Origin: Camelus ferus | Lineage: Eukaryota | Length of the DNA: 64,000 nucleotides | Assembly: GCF_009834535.1 (NCBI RefSeq) | Contig: NC_045697.1 | Span: 88,228,001-88,292,000, forward strand | Direction of reading: 5' to 3' | In this document: positions 40,720-53,000 of the stretch, piece after piece | Position numbering within the stretch: position 1 is the stretch's first letter | Layout: every line of letters starts with the position of its first letter | Notes under the pieces: generated by a model | What the model was told of the DNA's origin: nothing | Databases searched by the model: none | Seen by the model: the letters and a program-made list of their open reading frames with translations, nothing else | Made by a program: the position numbers and the translations under genes

Positions 40720-40930
40720 GATACAAAGTGTGAGCTCTGGAGTCCTGCAGCCTGTTATGAAATCACTTCTTAAATTATTAGCCCCTCTTTACCTAAGCGT
40801 TCTCATTTGTAAAATGAAATGAGTCACAAAACATTGGTGTTACAAAGTTGTTGTTAAGATTTAAAAGAATAATATATAAAAAGAAAAATTCTTATCAGAG
40901 GGCCTGACACATAATATATTTAAAAAATGA
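40720..40930 (+). mobile_element. MIR SINE
   Basis: gtgtgagctctggagtc...cctctttacctaagcgttctcatttgtaaaatg...gttgttgttaagatttaaa...gcctgacacata. Confidence 0.75.
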
Positions 40931-41219
40931 TATTGTTCTTCCTCTACATGGGATTTCTTCCCTCCACATATGTAAATGCAGTCCTGTCTTAAATATTTAT
41001 ACTTGTTATCTCTGATTTAATCATTTGATCTCCGTCTTTTGCCTCTATCATTCCACTAAAATGACCTGGATCAGTCATAAATGACATCTTAGGAGTTAAA
41101 ACCAAAGTGCTTTTCTTAATTTATTGTTCAGTAACATTCGGCACTGTTGACAAATCTTTTCTTGAAACCAACACCTCTCTGTGTAGTAGTGTCTCCAACA
41201 ATATTTGTAGTAGTATCCA

Positions 41220-41900
41220 ACAAATATTTGGATAAACTAAGCACTTACTTTCAGCCAGAGACTGTCCTCCATACTTAGAATGTATCACTGAACAGAATAG
41301 TTAAGGGTTTCTGCCCACAAGGTGATTATATTCTATTAAGGGGAGACAGAAACAATCTATATCTATATCTGTATCTACTATATCTATATCTATATCTATA
41401 AATGAATAAATACCTTTATAGTATTTTAGAAATTGGTAAGCTTTATGGAAAAAAAAAAAAAAAGAACAGAGAGTGGGAATCAGAAGTAGGAAGGATGAGA
41501 TTAGCTCTCACATTCAGTGTAGGCAGGATTTAAAAAATGAGATGTGAACAAAAACTTGAAAGATGTGAGAGAGCTAGCCAAGAAAAAAATACGGGAAGCA
41601 GGGCACCTAGGAAAATGGAAAAGCTAGACAAAGACCCTAGGAAGCATGCCTGTGTGTTGAGGAATAACAAAGACAGTGTAGCTGGTGAGGAGTAAGGGAC
41701 AGGAAGAGGAGGGGGAGGGAAGATCAGCGAGGGACCGAGGCCAGAGGAGGCAGAGCTTTTAGGCCATTGTAGGGACTGTGGCTTTTCCTCTAAATGAGTA
41801 GATAACGGACATGATTTGTCTTGGAATTGAAAGTTGCACTTGGACTACAATGAGAATATGTTATCATGGGTAAGACCCATTTTAGTATTCTAGTAAGAGA
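41220..41900 (-). mobile_element. L2 3' portion with an internal (TCTATA)n repeat
   Basis: caacaaatatttgg...agcacttact...ccag; ttatattctattaaggggagacaga; aggccattgtagggactgtggctttt. Confidence 0.8.
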
Positions 41901-42399
41901 TTACTGGAAAATAATCCTAAAAGCACAAATGATTTTTACTTGTGTATATCAAATAAAATAATTCACCACTTCAAAAAAAAAAACACACACACACTCTTCA
42001 GCTTGCTTTTCTTCATTCAGTTCTACATTGGTTTCAAGTTTAAATATTGGACTTACTATCCATCAATATTATTTATTTTATCACCTTTTGTTAAGATTAT
42101 TACATTTTTATAGATCTGACAACATGGTGCTAAAACCTGGGGGTATAAGAAATTCTGAAAATAGAAAGGAGCTAAAAGCACCCTCAAATGCCAATGTTGC
42201 ATGCCTTATTCCCTAAAGTCTAAGATATACTTTTAGAATTTCAACTTTTCAGAATCAATGTCTTATAATCCATGTGTATATATGTGATATAATGTTTTCA
42301 TTTTTCCAACAAAAGCTGTTTTCAAATCGATGGTGAGTTTTAAACTAAATCAGTGACATACTAAAAGTAAAAATTCCTGAGAATTATCTCTGGGAGGAA

Positions 42400-42630
42400 G
42401 AATGATAGCACCTAACATTTACTAATTTTTAGGGAGCCTGCTCCACACGTGACAGATTAATTATCACATTTAATTCTAAATACAACCCTATGAAATAGAA
42501 AGTGTGATTACACCAATTTTATACATGAGAACTAAAGCTTAAAGGAGTTAAGTTACATTCACAAGATTATACAATTAGTAAACATTAAAGCCAAAAATTA
42601 ATCTAGATCTTCCTATTCTCTTAACCATCA
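42400..42630 (-). mobile_element. MIR SINE
   Basis: taacatttact...atttaattct...acaaccctatgaaatag...ttttatacatgagaactaaagcttaaaggagttaagtta...tcttaaccatca. Confidence 0.8.
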
Positions 42631-44066
42631 TGTGATCTAAGGCTCACTTCTTTGTTAGCACAGCCTATGTTTACTGCCAACTTTATTCTTCAGTGACTTC
42701 AACTTTACTGTGTTAACTTACACGATTCTGGGACATAATATAAATCAAATCCTTTAAATGGAAACCATTTCCTATTTAGTGCTGTGAATTTTGTTGCTAA
42801 CAATTTTATTGTAACCATAAAGAGTTACTGTGATTTCTTATTACTAAACTAGATACTGCAATTTGTTGGGTACCTTTGTTTAAGCTTGTGATTGTGGGAT
42901 GCACGTGAGACAGAATAATAAGGTTTTCTCAGAATTCTTGTCTAATACAGGTTTACGCAGTCGATCCAAAGAGATTATAGCATAACTCAAATTCTAATTT
43001 AAAAGCAAAAATTGTCCTATGTTTACATTTTTATTACCTGGCATTTACCTTCTAATTACAGTTACCAGTTATAATATTTATGGTAATTTCAGAGTAATGT
43101 GGCTTTTATGCCCTCTAGCTCAAATCTTGCACATCATTTCATGGAAAAATTGCAACCTGAGGCATACAGAAAGAAATGGGTATGTTTATAGTGAAGATTT
43201 TCTCTTCATCTAGATTTTTAATTATGGGGCTCTAAGTGGAGTTGTGGGAATAACCTCAAATGGTTACTAAGAATAAGCCTGCAAAACTTATTGGTTATTC
43301 AAACATATCAAGCCCTTTCATCTGGAAACACAGAGGAAAACTCTAGGAACCAGATTAACAGTTAATCCTGCCAGATTTTTTTAGAAATAGTCCAAGTACA
43401 GCCAGCAAATTTTTTTTTCTTTTGCCCCCCAAATTTAATTATTTTAAAACACTGGAATATTTTAACTTAAAATATCGTTGTTAAGTTGACATCTTTGTAT
43501 CTTAAGGAAGCTATTATGAATGAACTAAATGAACTCTAGAATGTTTAATGACCTTTAATCTCTGGGCTCAAAAATCCAGAGATAATTGAAAAGGGAAAAT
43601 TAGATGGAATTTCCTTAGAAACAGGAAAAGCAAACAAAACTGACTACCACAGTGCTAGTTATGGACATAAAAAAGCATATATACTCTTTGAATATACATT
43701 CACTTAAGGACATAATAATTACCAAGCTAGAATTCACCATGTAGAGCCCAAACCCTTTAGTCCCTAGAAAGGGTGTATTGAAAACAACCACAACCGGTTA
43801 GGAACGTTCCTGGGCTCATGACTGATGAATCAGCATCCAGTTTTATTAGAATACTTTCTATTTTTTTATTTTAACTTATACTCAAGTGTCTATAACTGAT
43901 CTACATTGAATTGAAATTTTTATTTTACAAAAAGCATTAGTATAATTTGAATATTTAAGATTTCACAGAATAGATCAAACTCAGTTGAAAATATTAAAAG
44001 AGTAGTCCTAAGACTATTGCATGGCAAATTTTAATTCTCTAGCATGGGAGTCTAGTTATTTCTAGA

Positions 44067-44500
44067 TGTATCAGGTAAGACTAGATTTAGCTGCAAGGAT
44101 TGGAAAGTTCAGATTAGCAGCAGCTTTAAGTATGATAGAAGTCCCTTTTTGGACGTAAGCAGTCCTGACCCACAATTACCAGGATGTATGGCAATTCCCA
44201 TCTGTTGCTTCCTGATCTCAACAAGTGGTTTCCATTGTATGGCTCGAGATAGCTGCTCAAGCCCCAGCAATCACACTTAATTTCAGCCAGCGACAAAGAA
44301 AGATATGCCACTTTCATTTAAGGGCACTTTCCAGAAGTTGCCCACAAATTCTGTTTATATTTCATAACAAAACAGTAAGTAACATGTTGATACTTAACTG
44401 TAGATGAAGGTGAAAAACATATTCTTTATTCCAGACCATCATGTGCTCAGCTAAAAATCAGTTCTATAACCAAGGAAGGAGAGAGTAAATATTAGGTTCT
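44067..44500 (-). mobile_element. MLT1J/I-like MaLR solo LTR
   Basis: tgtatcaggtaagactagatttagctgc...gatagctgctcaagccccagcaatcac...ttccagaagttgcc...catgtgctcagctaaaaatcagttctat. Confidence 0.75.
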
Positions 44501-44559
44501 AATCATCCAGATTACTTTTTGTTGTTAACTCTAGGTCTGTTGCATAACTATGGCAAACT

Positions 44560-44960
44560 ATCCCTCCTCCATTTCAATGGTGACTCATTATACAGAAGTA
44601 AACGTTAATGACATGACATCATCTACATGTTTATCTCTTCCAAAATGGGTCCGGTTTGATGAAGTGGAAATGATTTTTTCCATACAGAAATCATGTTGAA
44701 TGTTTAGCTTAACAACATTATTGTCACATGACTCTTACATTGAGAAGACTGTGCATGTGGGATCCTGGGTAACAACAGTTTGTGTAAATGGGTGAGCATG
44801 TGTTTCTGCCATGTCCTTCTGATGCTCTGCTCATGACTAGCTCTATGTCTGCTTCAATAACCAGTGGTCTTACCAGTAGTTATTTATTATACATTTCATC
44901 CAGTTGCGTGATATTGAGTTAAAATTCAGTAATAAAATAATTGCAGAAGTTCCCAGTAGA
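44560..44960 (-). mobile_element. CR1/L3 RT remnant
   Basis: Antisense translations SISRNWMKCII (cf. SIPGKIMEQII), QHDFCMEK (cf. QHGFCKGK), HVDDVMSLTF (cf. VDIIYLDF), in the correct order. Confidence 0.5.
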
Positions 44961-45039
44961 GCTGTTCGTATGGTCTGGTAAATTTACTTTCTCTGATTTG
45001 ATTCATCTTATTCTAAGTTGGTCCACATCACATCCAGAA

Positions 45040-45800
45040 TAAATACATCAGAAGCCAGCTACTTCTCAAAAATCTCTGCTGATGGCTACAATTATCTCTC
45101 ACTGGATTGTTGCAAAAGCCTTCTAACTGACCTCAGTGCTTCAGTTTATTTTTCATCACTGAGGGTTATTTCACCAATGAGAGTTATTCTTTTAACATGT
45201 AAATCAGATCATGTCCCTTCTTGGCTCAAAACCATCTCAATAAGAGTAAACAGCCAAGCCCTTACTTGGACCTCCAAGACCCTACATGACCTGTTGCCGC
45301 CACTCCCACACACTATTGCACTAACTCCTCAACTTTGTCTCCCACTTCTTTTCTCTGATTCTCGGTGCTCTTACCAAGAAAGACCTCTTGTATGTCAAAC
45401 ACATCAAACATACTCCTACCTCAGGGCCTTTGCATCTTTTTTCTCCCCTGCTGACTAGTATGCTTTTCTTCCAGTTATTTGTGTGTCTCAAATTATTACT
45501 TCTGTTTTAGTTCTCTACTCAAATGTCATCTTACATGAGAGGTCTTTCCTTACCATCCGAAGTAAAAATATAAGTCCCTAGCATACTCCCCTCACCTTTC
45601 TTCACTCTTCTCTATAGCATATATCGTTACATGATGCTTTTTATTGCTATGTTGAGTGATTTGTTTATTGCTGTGCTTCTGCTGGAATGTAAGCTCCATG
45701 AAGGCAGGAATTTTGTTTTATTCATTGCTGTATCCAGTATCTAGAATAGTGCTTGGTGTGCACTGGTGCTTAAAAATAATCAATTATGAAACAAAAAATT
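45040..45800 (+). mobile_element. L2 3' portion
   Basis: ctggattgttgcaaaagccttctaactg; aaatcagatcatgtc; cctacctcagggcctttgca; gaatgtaagctccatgaaggcagga; tctagaatagtgcttgg. Confidence 0.9.
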
Positions 45801-46387
45801 AATATACATCCTAGAGTTCTTTCAAAGTCCTTGAAAGGACATTGTCTGACTCTATTTCTCAACATCTTCGGTGAAAAGATATAAAACCTCCTAGGTTTTC
45901 TTCATCATTTGCTTTAGAAGCATTAGCCAAGAGTCTTCAAAACCTCCAGACTCAGGTTGTGTCCATTAAATATGTACAGCTGTTTTGTGTGTCAATCAGA
46001 CCTCAATAAAATGGTTTTTAAAAATCACAATATACTATACTGTTTACATATAAAGACTAGGAAAATTTAATTTCATAGTAAGAACTTCCTTCATGTGTGT
46101 TTATGGGCAAAGAATATAGCTATGTAAACTTCCTAGTAGGATGTGTATATTGGTTTTTACTGCATGTTTTACTTGTATACAAAAATCTAAATAGTTTAAA
46201 AACATTTATTGAAATAAAGACAAAAGTGGAATTAGTATCTGTTAAAATTATTTTCTGTATCTTTTTTCTATAATTTATGCCTCAAAATATAATTTAACTT
46301 TTTGAGAATTGTAATGAATCCTGGATTCTTTTGCTATTGTTCCTTGTATAAGACTAGATTCTATTGACATTCAGATAACTATGTCTT

Positions 46388-46608
46388 TTTTTTTCCTTTT
46401 TCTTTATTTTTTAAAATTTTATTTTATTGAGTTATAGTCAGTTTACAATGTTGTGTCAATTTCCAGTGTAGAGCACAATTTTTCGGTTTTACATGAACAT
46501 ATGTATATTCATTGTCGCATTCTTTTTCACCCTGAGCTACCACAAGATCTTGCATGTATTTCCGTGTGCTATACAGTATAATCTTGTTTATCTATTCTAC
46601 CCTGTCAG
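46388..46608 (-). mobile_element. Young short L1 3' tail with perfect 17-bp TSD
   Basis: tcagataactatgtctt at 46371-46387 and 46609-46625; T-rich tail; ttttattgagttatagtcagtttacaatgttgtgtcaatttccagtgtagag. Confidence 0.93.
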
Positions 46609-46899
46609 TCAGATAACTATGTCTTAGTGCCAACTACTGTATGTCATTTAAACAAAAATAAGCTAAAATATGAATTAATTAAGTAGTTAAATGGTATCAT
46701 TATGAAAAAGACTTTGAGCATGCATTGAGTTATGATAGCTAGGGATCATCACATTAAAAATATTTCCAAAAGTGTAGGCTGATCCTTAAAACTGGAAGGA
46801 ATGTTTTACTCAAAACTATAATGATAGGCTCTTTATCTTGTTCTCAGAATTTAGAGGAGTTTGTAGTTGAAATGCCCACTAAACCTGGAGATGATGCAT

Positions 46900-47110
46900 A
46901 TAACAATGGCTAACATCCTTATTGTTCCCTGTGTATTTCAACTGATCTCCATAAAGAGCATACTAGATTTCTTATTTTGTTGTACTAATCGTGAAAAAAG
47001 AGTCTCAGCTAGGTTAACTGGGTTACCCAACATCACACAGCGAGTAAGTGGCAAGGCTGAGGCTACAAACCTGATTGATTAGACCCGGCAGACCATGGCT
47101 GCAACCACTA
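46900..47110 (-). mobile_element. MIR SINE
   Basis: ataacaatggctaacat...aggttaactgggttacccaacatcacacagcgagtaagtggcaaggctg...caaccact. Confidence 0.7.
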
Positions 47111-47399
47111 CTCCAGAATTCTTATGGAACGTAGTATCTCTTTCTGAAAGCAGAGCCTGAGAAAGAAAGTGGAAGCAAGTTTCAAAGTCTGCTCCATAGT
47201 CCATAAAGCATCTGGAGTTAGGAAACTAGCACTTAGCCCTGGCTCCATCGATAACAAAGTATGATCTTAGTTCGCTTAGGTTTCCAGTCTAATAAAATGG
47301 GATGACAGTATTAAATACATTCAATGACATTATTCTCTAATAACCCCTGGCTCTATAGTTCTATGAATTATTATTTTTAAAAAGCTATGTGCAATACTG

Positions 47400-47693
47400 A
47401 CTTACATTAGTAAAAAGAAATCTGATGTTTACATAATCACAAGTTTAATATGAATCAGTAGCATAAAATGATTGCTCAAAATTAACAGATCTTTAGAGTT
47501 CATGGTATTTGGAGTGTGTCCACAAAACAGGAAGTGATAGCCGCTCTGAGTTGTTCATGGGTCAGACAGCATCTTCAGTGTCCATTGAATTCCGGAGCCA
47601 GGCAAATGGGTAAACTAACTACAAATATGTTGAGATGGAATTTCAGGAGCCAAGTCAGGGTGCAAGATCTGGGTGGATCTGACCCAGAACTAT
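47400..47693 (+). mobile_element. CR1/L3 fragment
   Basis: cacaagtttaatatgaatcagtag...gtgtgtccacaaaacaggaagtgatag...ggtcagacagcatct...ttccggagcca follows the L3 consensus. Confidence 0.7.
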
Positions 47694-47698
47694 GAAGG

Positions 47699-48191
47699 TG
47701 TGCTGGTTAATTTTATGTGTCAACTTGATTGGGCCACAGGGTGTCTGATATTTGGCTAAATATTTCTGGGTGTGTCTGTGAGAGTGTTTCCAGATGAGAC
47801 TGGCATTTGAATCAGTAGACTGAGTAAAGCAGGTGGCCCTCCCCAATATGGGTTGGCATTACCCAATCCTTTGAGGGCCTAAGTAGAATAAAAAGCAGAG
47901 GAAGGGAGAATTTGCCTCTCTGCCTTCCTGCTTAAGCTGAAACATCCGTCTTGGCCTTCTCCTGTCTTAGGATTGAGACTTACACCATCAGCTTCCCTAC
48001 TTCTCAGGCCGTCAGACTTGGACTAGAAATTTACCACCAGCTTTCTGGGATCTCCAGCTTGCTGACAGCAAATTGTGGGACTTAGCTTCCATAATAGAAT
48101 GAGCCAGTTCCTCACAGTAAATCTCTATCAATAAGATAAGATAAGGTATTCCTGTTTGGTTTTGTTTCTCTGGAGAAACTTGACTAATACA
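47699..48191 (+). mobile_element. MLT2 (ERVL) solo LTR with 5-bp TSD
   Basis: tgtgctggttaattttatgtgtcaacttga...tctctggagaaacttgactaataca; flanks gaagg / gaatg. Confidence 0.92.
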
Positions 48192-48350
48192 GAATGTGTC
48201 AGTTAAAGTGGAAATATAGATCAAGTTGGGTATCCAAAAAAGGTTTTATCCAAGAGGACCAAGGCTTTAAAAACCCAGTCAGCCTTCTCTGTCTCCCATC
48301 AGAGCCACACCTGGAGCAGGAAAGTTCATAATTACAAGACTCAGTAATTT

Positions 48351-48545
48351 GGAAGGGAGGGGAGGGGAGGGAAACGAGAAGAGAGAAGGGGAGGAGAGAG
48401 GAAGACAGAAAGAAGTGAGGGACTGAACTGAACAATAAAGAATAAATTGCCTGGGGAACAAATGATAAGAAAGAAAGAGGGAGGAAGGAAGGAAGGAGGG
48501 AGGAAGTGAAGGAAGGGAGAGGAAAAAAAAGAAAAAGGAAAGATT
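48351..48545 (+). repeat. GA-rich low-complexity tract
   Basis: Two polypurine blocks including (GGAA)n; source of the spurious L/P/S/F-rich minus-strand ORFs. Confidence 0.85.
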
Positions 48546-51500
48546 TGGCAGATAGCTTGGCACAGATAGCATGCTTTGGCTGTGGAAGAGAGCACCTTGC
48601 TGGCAGAGAAATGCTGGGTGAAGGCAGATGCTCTGGGAGAAAGGAAACCTTTTCATTAATGTCAATACAGATTATTCCAAATCTTCCCATGACATATGCA
48701 TTATAGGTATGTTTTGATAATAGCACCCAATTGCCAGTAAAAGATAATATTCTCTATGTGCAAGAGATAGCTAAAGATACAAGTTGCATGTTCTTCTTTA
48801 AAAACATTTCAGAGACGCCATTGGATTAGGAGATTTATTATCGCCTTCCCAGATTTCTGCTTCTCCCTTTTGAAAAAAAATATATATTGACAGTACTCAT
48901 GCTTCCTTGTGTGGTCTGACAAACGGAACAACCTGGCATTTGTTAGCACTTGCACTGGGCAAGTGGGTAGCATCATTCATCGTAATCACCCTAAGGCTGA
49001 GCCCAGATGGTGTTAGCTGGGATGAGCTTGGCAGGAGCTTCAGAAACAGCAGGTTCATTGCCTCTCCCCCATCCAGGAACAAACCACAAAAGGTCCTCTG
49101 TTGACTGTATCTTCTCTAACTCTCCAGTCACGTCACTCCTCTGTCTCGGTCTCTGCCTCTGTCTCTCTCTCATCACTTCTCTTTGCCAGCATAAAGCTCT
49201 GCTTATGTCCCTACACCTTCAGTCTTTTCCCCAGGATGCCTATTTGAAAATTTCTCTCACAACCCATATCATCCTCTCTTTTATAGGTTTATCCAGTATG
49301 TATTTTCTCTAGAAGAGTTTGCTGACTGACTCCACAAGACACAGATCACTCATAACGTGTGCACCGTCGCAACACACACATGGGCCGGTCTGGACCACAT
49401 TGTCTTTTGAATACACTGCATTGTTCCTGTTCTCTCAGTTATTTTCTTAGGCATAATCTCTAAAAGAGGAGTAACTCTTTTCTTTTTTATCTCTTCTTTT
49501 TCTTTTCTTATCATTCCCCCCCCCCACACACACACACACATATTTTGGCTAATGTAGTAATTTTATTCAGAGAGAATGAATAGATAAGTACACAGGATTA
49601 TCACCATTTGCCCTGTTCTTTTCTGGGCTGAGACTGTGGTTATCTCAATATAGAATTACTCTCCACTATCAGGAGGACATTGAAGGAATACGTCATTTGA
49701 TAAGGCTCATCAGAAACAAAAAGAATCTCATATTGGAAAAAATCAGGACTACTGCTTTGTTTAATTCTCAGGAAACTGGTTACATTCTGTATAAGAGTAG
49801 CAAGATCACACACCTCACACAGACGCTGAGGACGCATTTGCCTTCTCCCTGAAATCCCTAATGACGACTCTGTCCACTTGGTTGTATCATCTCAGTCTCT
49901 AGCTATTAATGGACACAGGGTGATTAATAGCACATAAAATGGGTGAAGCAAGTAAGTTTTCTCTAAATTCACTGTCTAAAATGAAAAAAAAATTGAAAAT
50001 AGTTTAAGGAACATTTCTAAGTCATGGGCATTTTCAAATGGGTAACTTCTTCAATAGCTGTCAAGAATTTTTTTAGCCACCTTTCTCTTCCAAGGGATAA
50101 AATGGGGACTAACACAAGGTACAAAAATGCCTTACCCTCATGTTGATGGTAGCAACAGGAGCTGAGATTCAAACCTGTTCTTTTTACTCCATGCTCAGAT
50201 TTCTCCATAATAATCACAGCTGCCTCAAAAGAAAACAGAGATAAATTTCCATGACACAACTTAGACAAACAGTATGCTTTAGACTTTGTTGCTTAAACAA
50301 GGATGTGGTAAGATAACTAGAGATAAGAGTCATATACAGATAGCCTCACATTTTTAAAAAAATCCAGGAAGTCAAATGTAGAAAAAACTTTTTTAAAATT
50401 ATAGGTCAGAAAGACCCAAACTTGGAAAAGAAGTAAAAATGGTGTTCACATTAGTCTAAAAGGTGATGCCATTTATTCCTCATTAAGAAGGACGAGAGGA
50501 TTCAAAGTAAAGACGCTTCTTTCCTACCAAAGGCTGCTTCTGTTTGCTGCCTTTGAAGATTGTTGATGAAGCACCACTTGGTAAATTTGCATTCTTTGTT
50601 TGTCCTAAGAGACGGCAGGAATGACTCCCAGAGTAGTCTGAGAGTTCTCGACTTCTCCAGCCTTCACGAACGAGGCTTCCTGGTATCATTAGGTTCCTCT
50701 TGTCTTCACTGGGAACCCAATTTAAAAACTTTTCAGAGTGACTGACAGAGAAAATGTGCAATCCAGAAGTGTTGTTGGTTCAAAACATATGTTGGCAGGG
50801 GTGGTGGTGGGAAGGGGTATAGAATTTTTTGGTGATCTTTAAAACTAATAATTTTAAACACCAAAAGTAGTAGAAGTTTTATGGAAACAATCATCCTTTC
50901 CGCTATTTTTCTGAAGAAATCCTGGCTCCAAACTTTGATGCCCCATTCTACAAAATGTAATTAAATTGACCCAACTCCCTCTGGAAAGAGATGACAGACT
51001 GTTGTTACTAGAGTAGAGCCACTGTGGGGAGAGGACGCTGGAGAACCTTTCCACTGTCATTCCCCTGAGAAGGGTTATGCTTACCAGGACATCCTTTACA
51101 CCCTTACATTTCCAACAATGATTAATGTTCCGACAATGATTTAGCAGCTTTTATAGATGGAAGCCTGGAGAGCTGCCAGGCTGGCCCATCCCTTAGTCAG
51201 CTCTGGATGCACAGATGTGCACCCTTCTTTGTAGAGGGAGGCTCAGATAAACCTAAATAAGCACTGAGGTATCTTAAGAACAGATTAATGTGAGGTGCTT
51301 TGAAGTTTCCTCACTCATTATTCTTCACTCTTCCCAGCTTCCCGAGGTACACGTGATCCCACCCCGGATCTTATCACCACCTCTAACTGCTCCACTTCCC
51401 AAATCCCTCACTCAGACAAGCCCACTCAGACCACATCTTCCCCTTCCTCTGCTTACTGGTCCAACCACACCTCACCAAGAGCATTGGATGTGGATTGAGC

Positions 51501-52329
51501 TCTCCAGCTTTTTGATTGCTTTACTCTTTCCCAATTCATGTCTCTAGGGTCTTATTCCATTTGGATTCCGTGATCCATCATTTCAACAGCACTCTTGATA
51601 GTATCCCAAGGTCCTTTAATGTAATCTAATATGTCTATTTTTTATTTACAACCTCTGGGTTTCTAGTCTTGCTGAAGAAGCTCAACCTCATCTCTAAGTT
51701 GGACCTGCGGTGCCCTAGATTTTGTCACAAAACTTTCAAGTTTACACTTACCACTTTAATTCCTCTGAATCTTAACTTCACTTACGGTAAGATAAAGGCT
51801 AATATTTTTATCCAGATGGACGTTTACTTTGCAAGCACTCGTTATAAAATAATGATTGTATACTTTATATACAACTTATAATGTACATCATTTATAAATT
51901 ATGAAATACTTCCTCAGTGACTTTAACTGCACATGGGGCACACGTCTTTGGTCCTAATTCTGGATTTTCTACTCTTTTCTACGCAGCCATTCGTCTGATA
52001 CCAGGCAGATACCATATGGACCTGTGTAAAGCGGCTGTCATGTGTGGTGACGTCTAGGAAGGCATATCTTTCTATGTTACTGTTTTTCCGAATGTTCTAG
52101 GCTAACCTTTGGTATCTGTTCTCCACTTAAATTTTAAGATTGTTTTATCCAATTTTACCTACACGTACACAAAACGCATACTATCAGAATTCCAATTAAT
52201 AGTTTCTTAAATACATGGCTTCGTTTAGAGAAAGTTACATTTTCTAATTTTAAATCACTCTCTCTAGAGCATGAGTCTTTCCATTACGCCCACTCACAGA
52301 CACAGCTCCATTTCATCACCCTGCTCTCT

Positions 52330-53000
52330 CCTGAATGACCTTTTTCCCCCTTCTTTGGGGGTCTGTTCCCATCCTTATACAAATACTTTACCTATCTTGA
52401 AAAAACTCAACCCCTATGATTGTGGCTCCCCCTCAGTTACCACTTTATTACTCTGTTCTTATATATAATATAACCCCTTCAAAAGCTTTCTTTTCCTTCT
52501 CTCTATAATTTCTTTTCTCTCCTCCTTCTAAACCTCATTCCCGTCCTGTTTTATTCCTCATTCCATACCATGGACACTGTTCTTTTTAGGTTCACCACTG
52601 ACCTGCAAGTGTCTAAATCCAGTGACCAGTTCTGCCTTCACATCTCATGTGACTTGTCATTAATATTTGACATCCTGATCATGCTTTATACTTTCTTCAT
52701 TGGCTTTCCCAATAACATACTCAGGTGAATTTTCTCCTCTACTGCTTCCTTTTTAGCTCTCTAACCTCTGAGCACAACACAGCTCATTCCTTGAGTCTCT
52801 TTTTTTGTCTAAATGCCCCCACTTCCTGGTGATCTCAGTGTTTGAGAAGGTAATTTTAAATACCATCTACACTATGAAGATTCCCAAATTGACATATCTG
52901 CAGCATGGGCCCACCCCAGATTTGTATATCTACTTATGTCATGACCTCTCTACCTAAATAATATCTCATATTCAGCAACCTTGCTAGATTCTCCTATTAA
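52330..53000 (+). mobile_element. L2 internal fragment
   Basis: cactgacctgcaagtgtctaaatccagtgaccagttct; ttttaaataccatctacactatgaagattcccaaatt; tttgtatatctacttatgtc. Confidence 0.75.

Noticed and set aside
45018..45458. 146-aa ORF
   Set aside because: Lies within decayed L2 sequence
48199..48726. 175-aa, 128-aa and 84-aa minus-strand ORFs
   Set aside because: Stop-free only because of the pyrimidine low-complexity tract; no domain recognised
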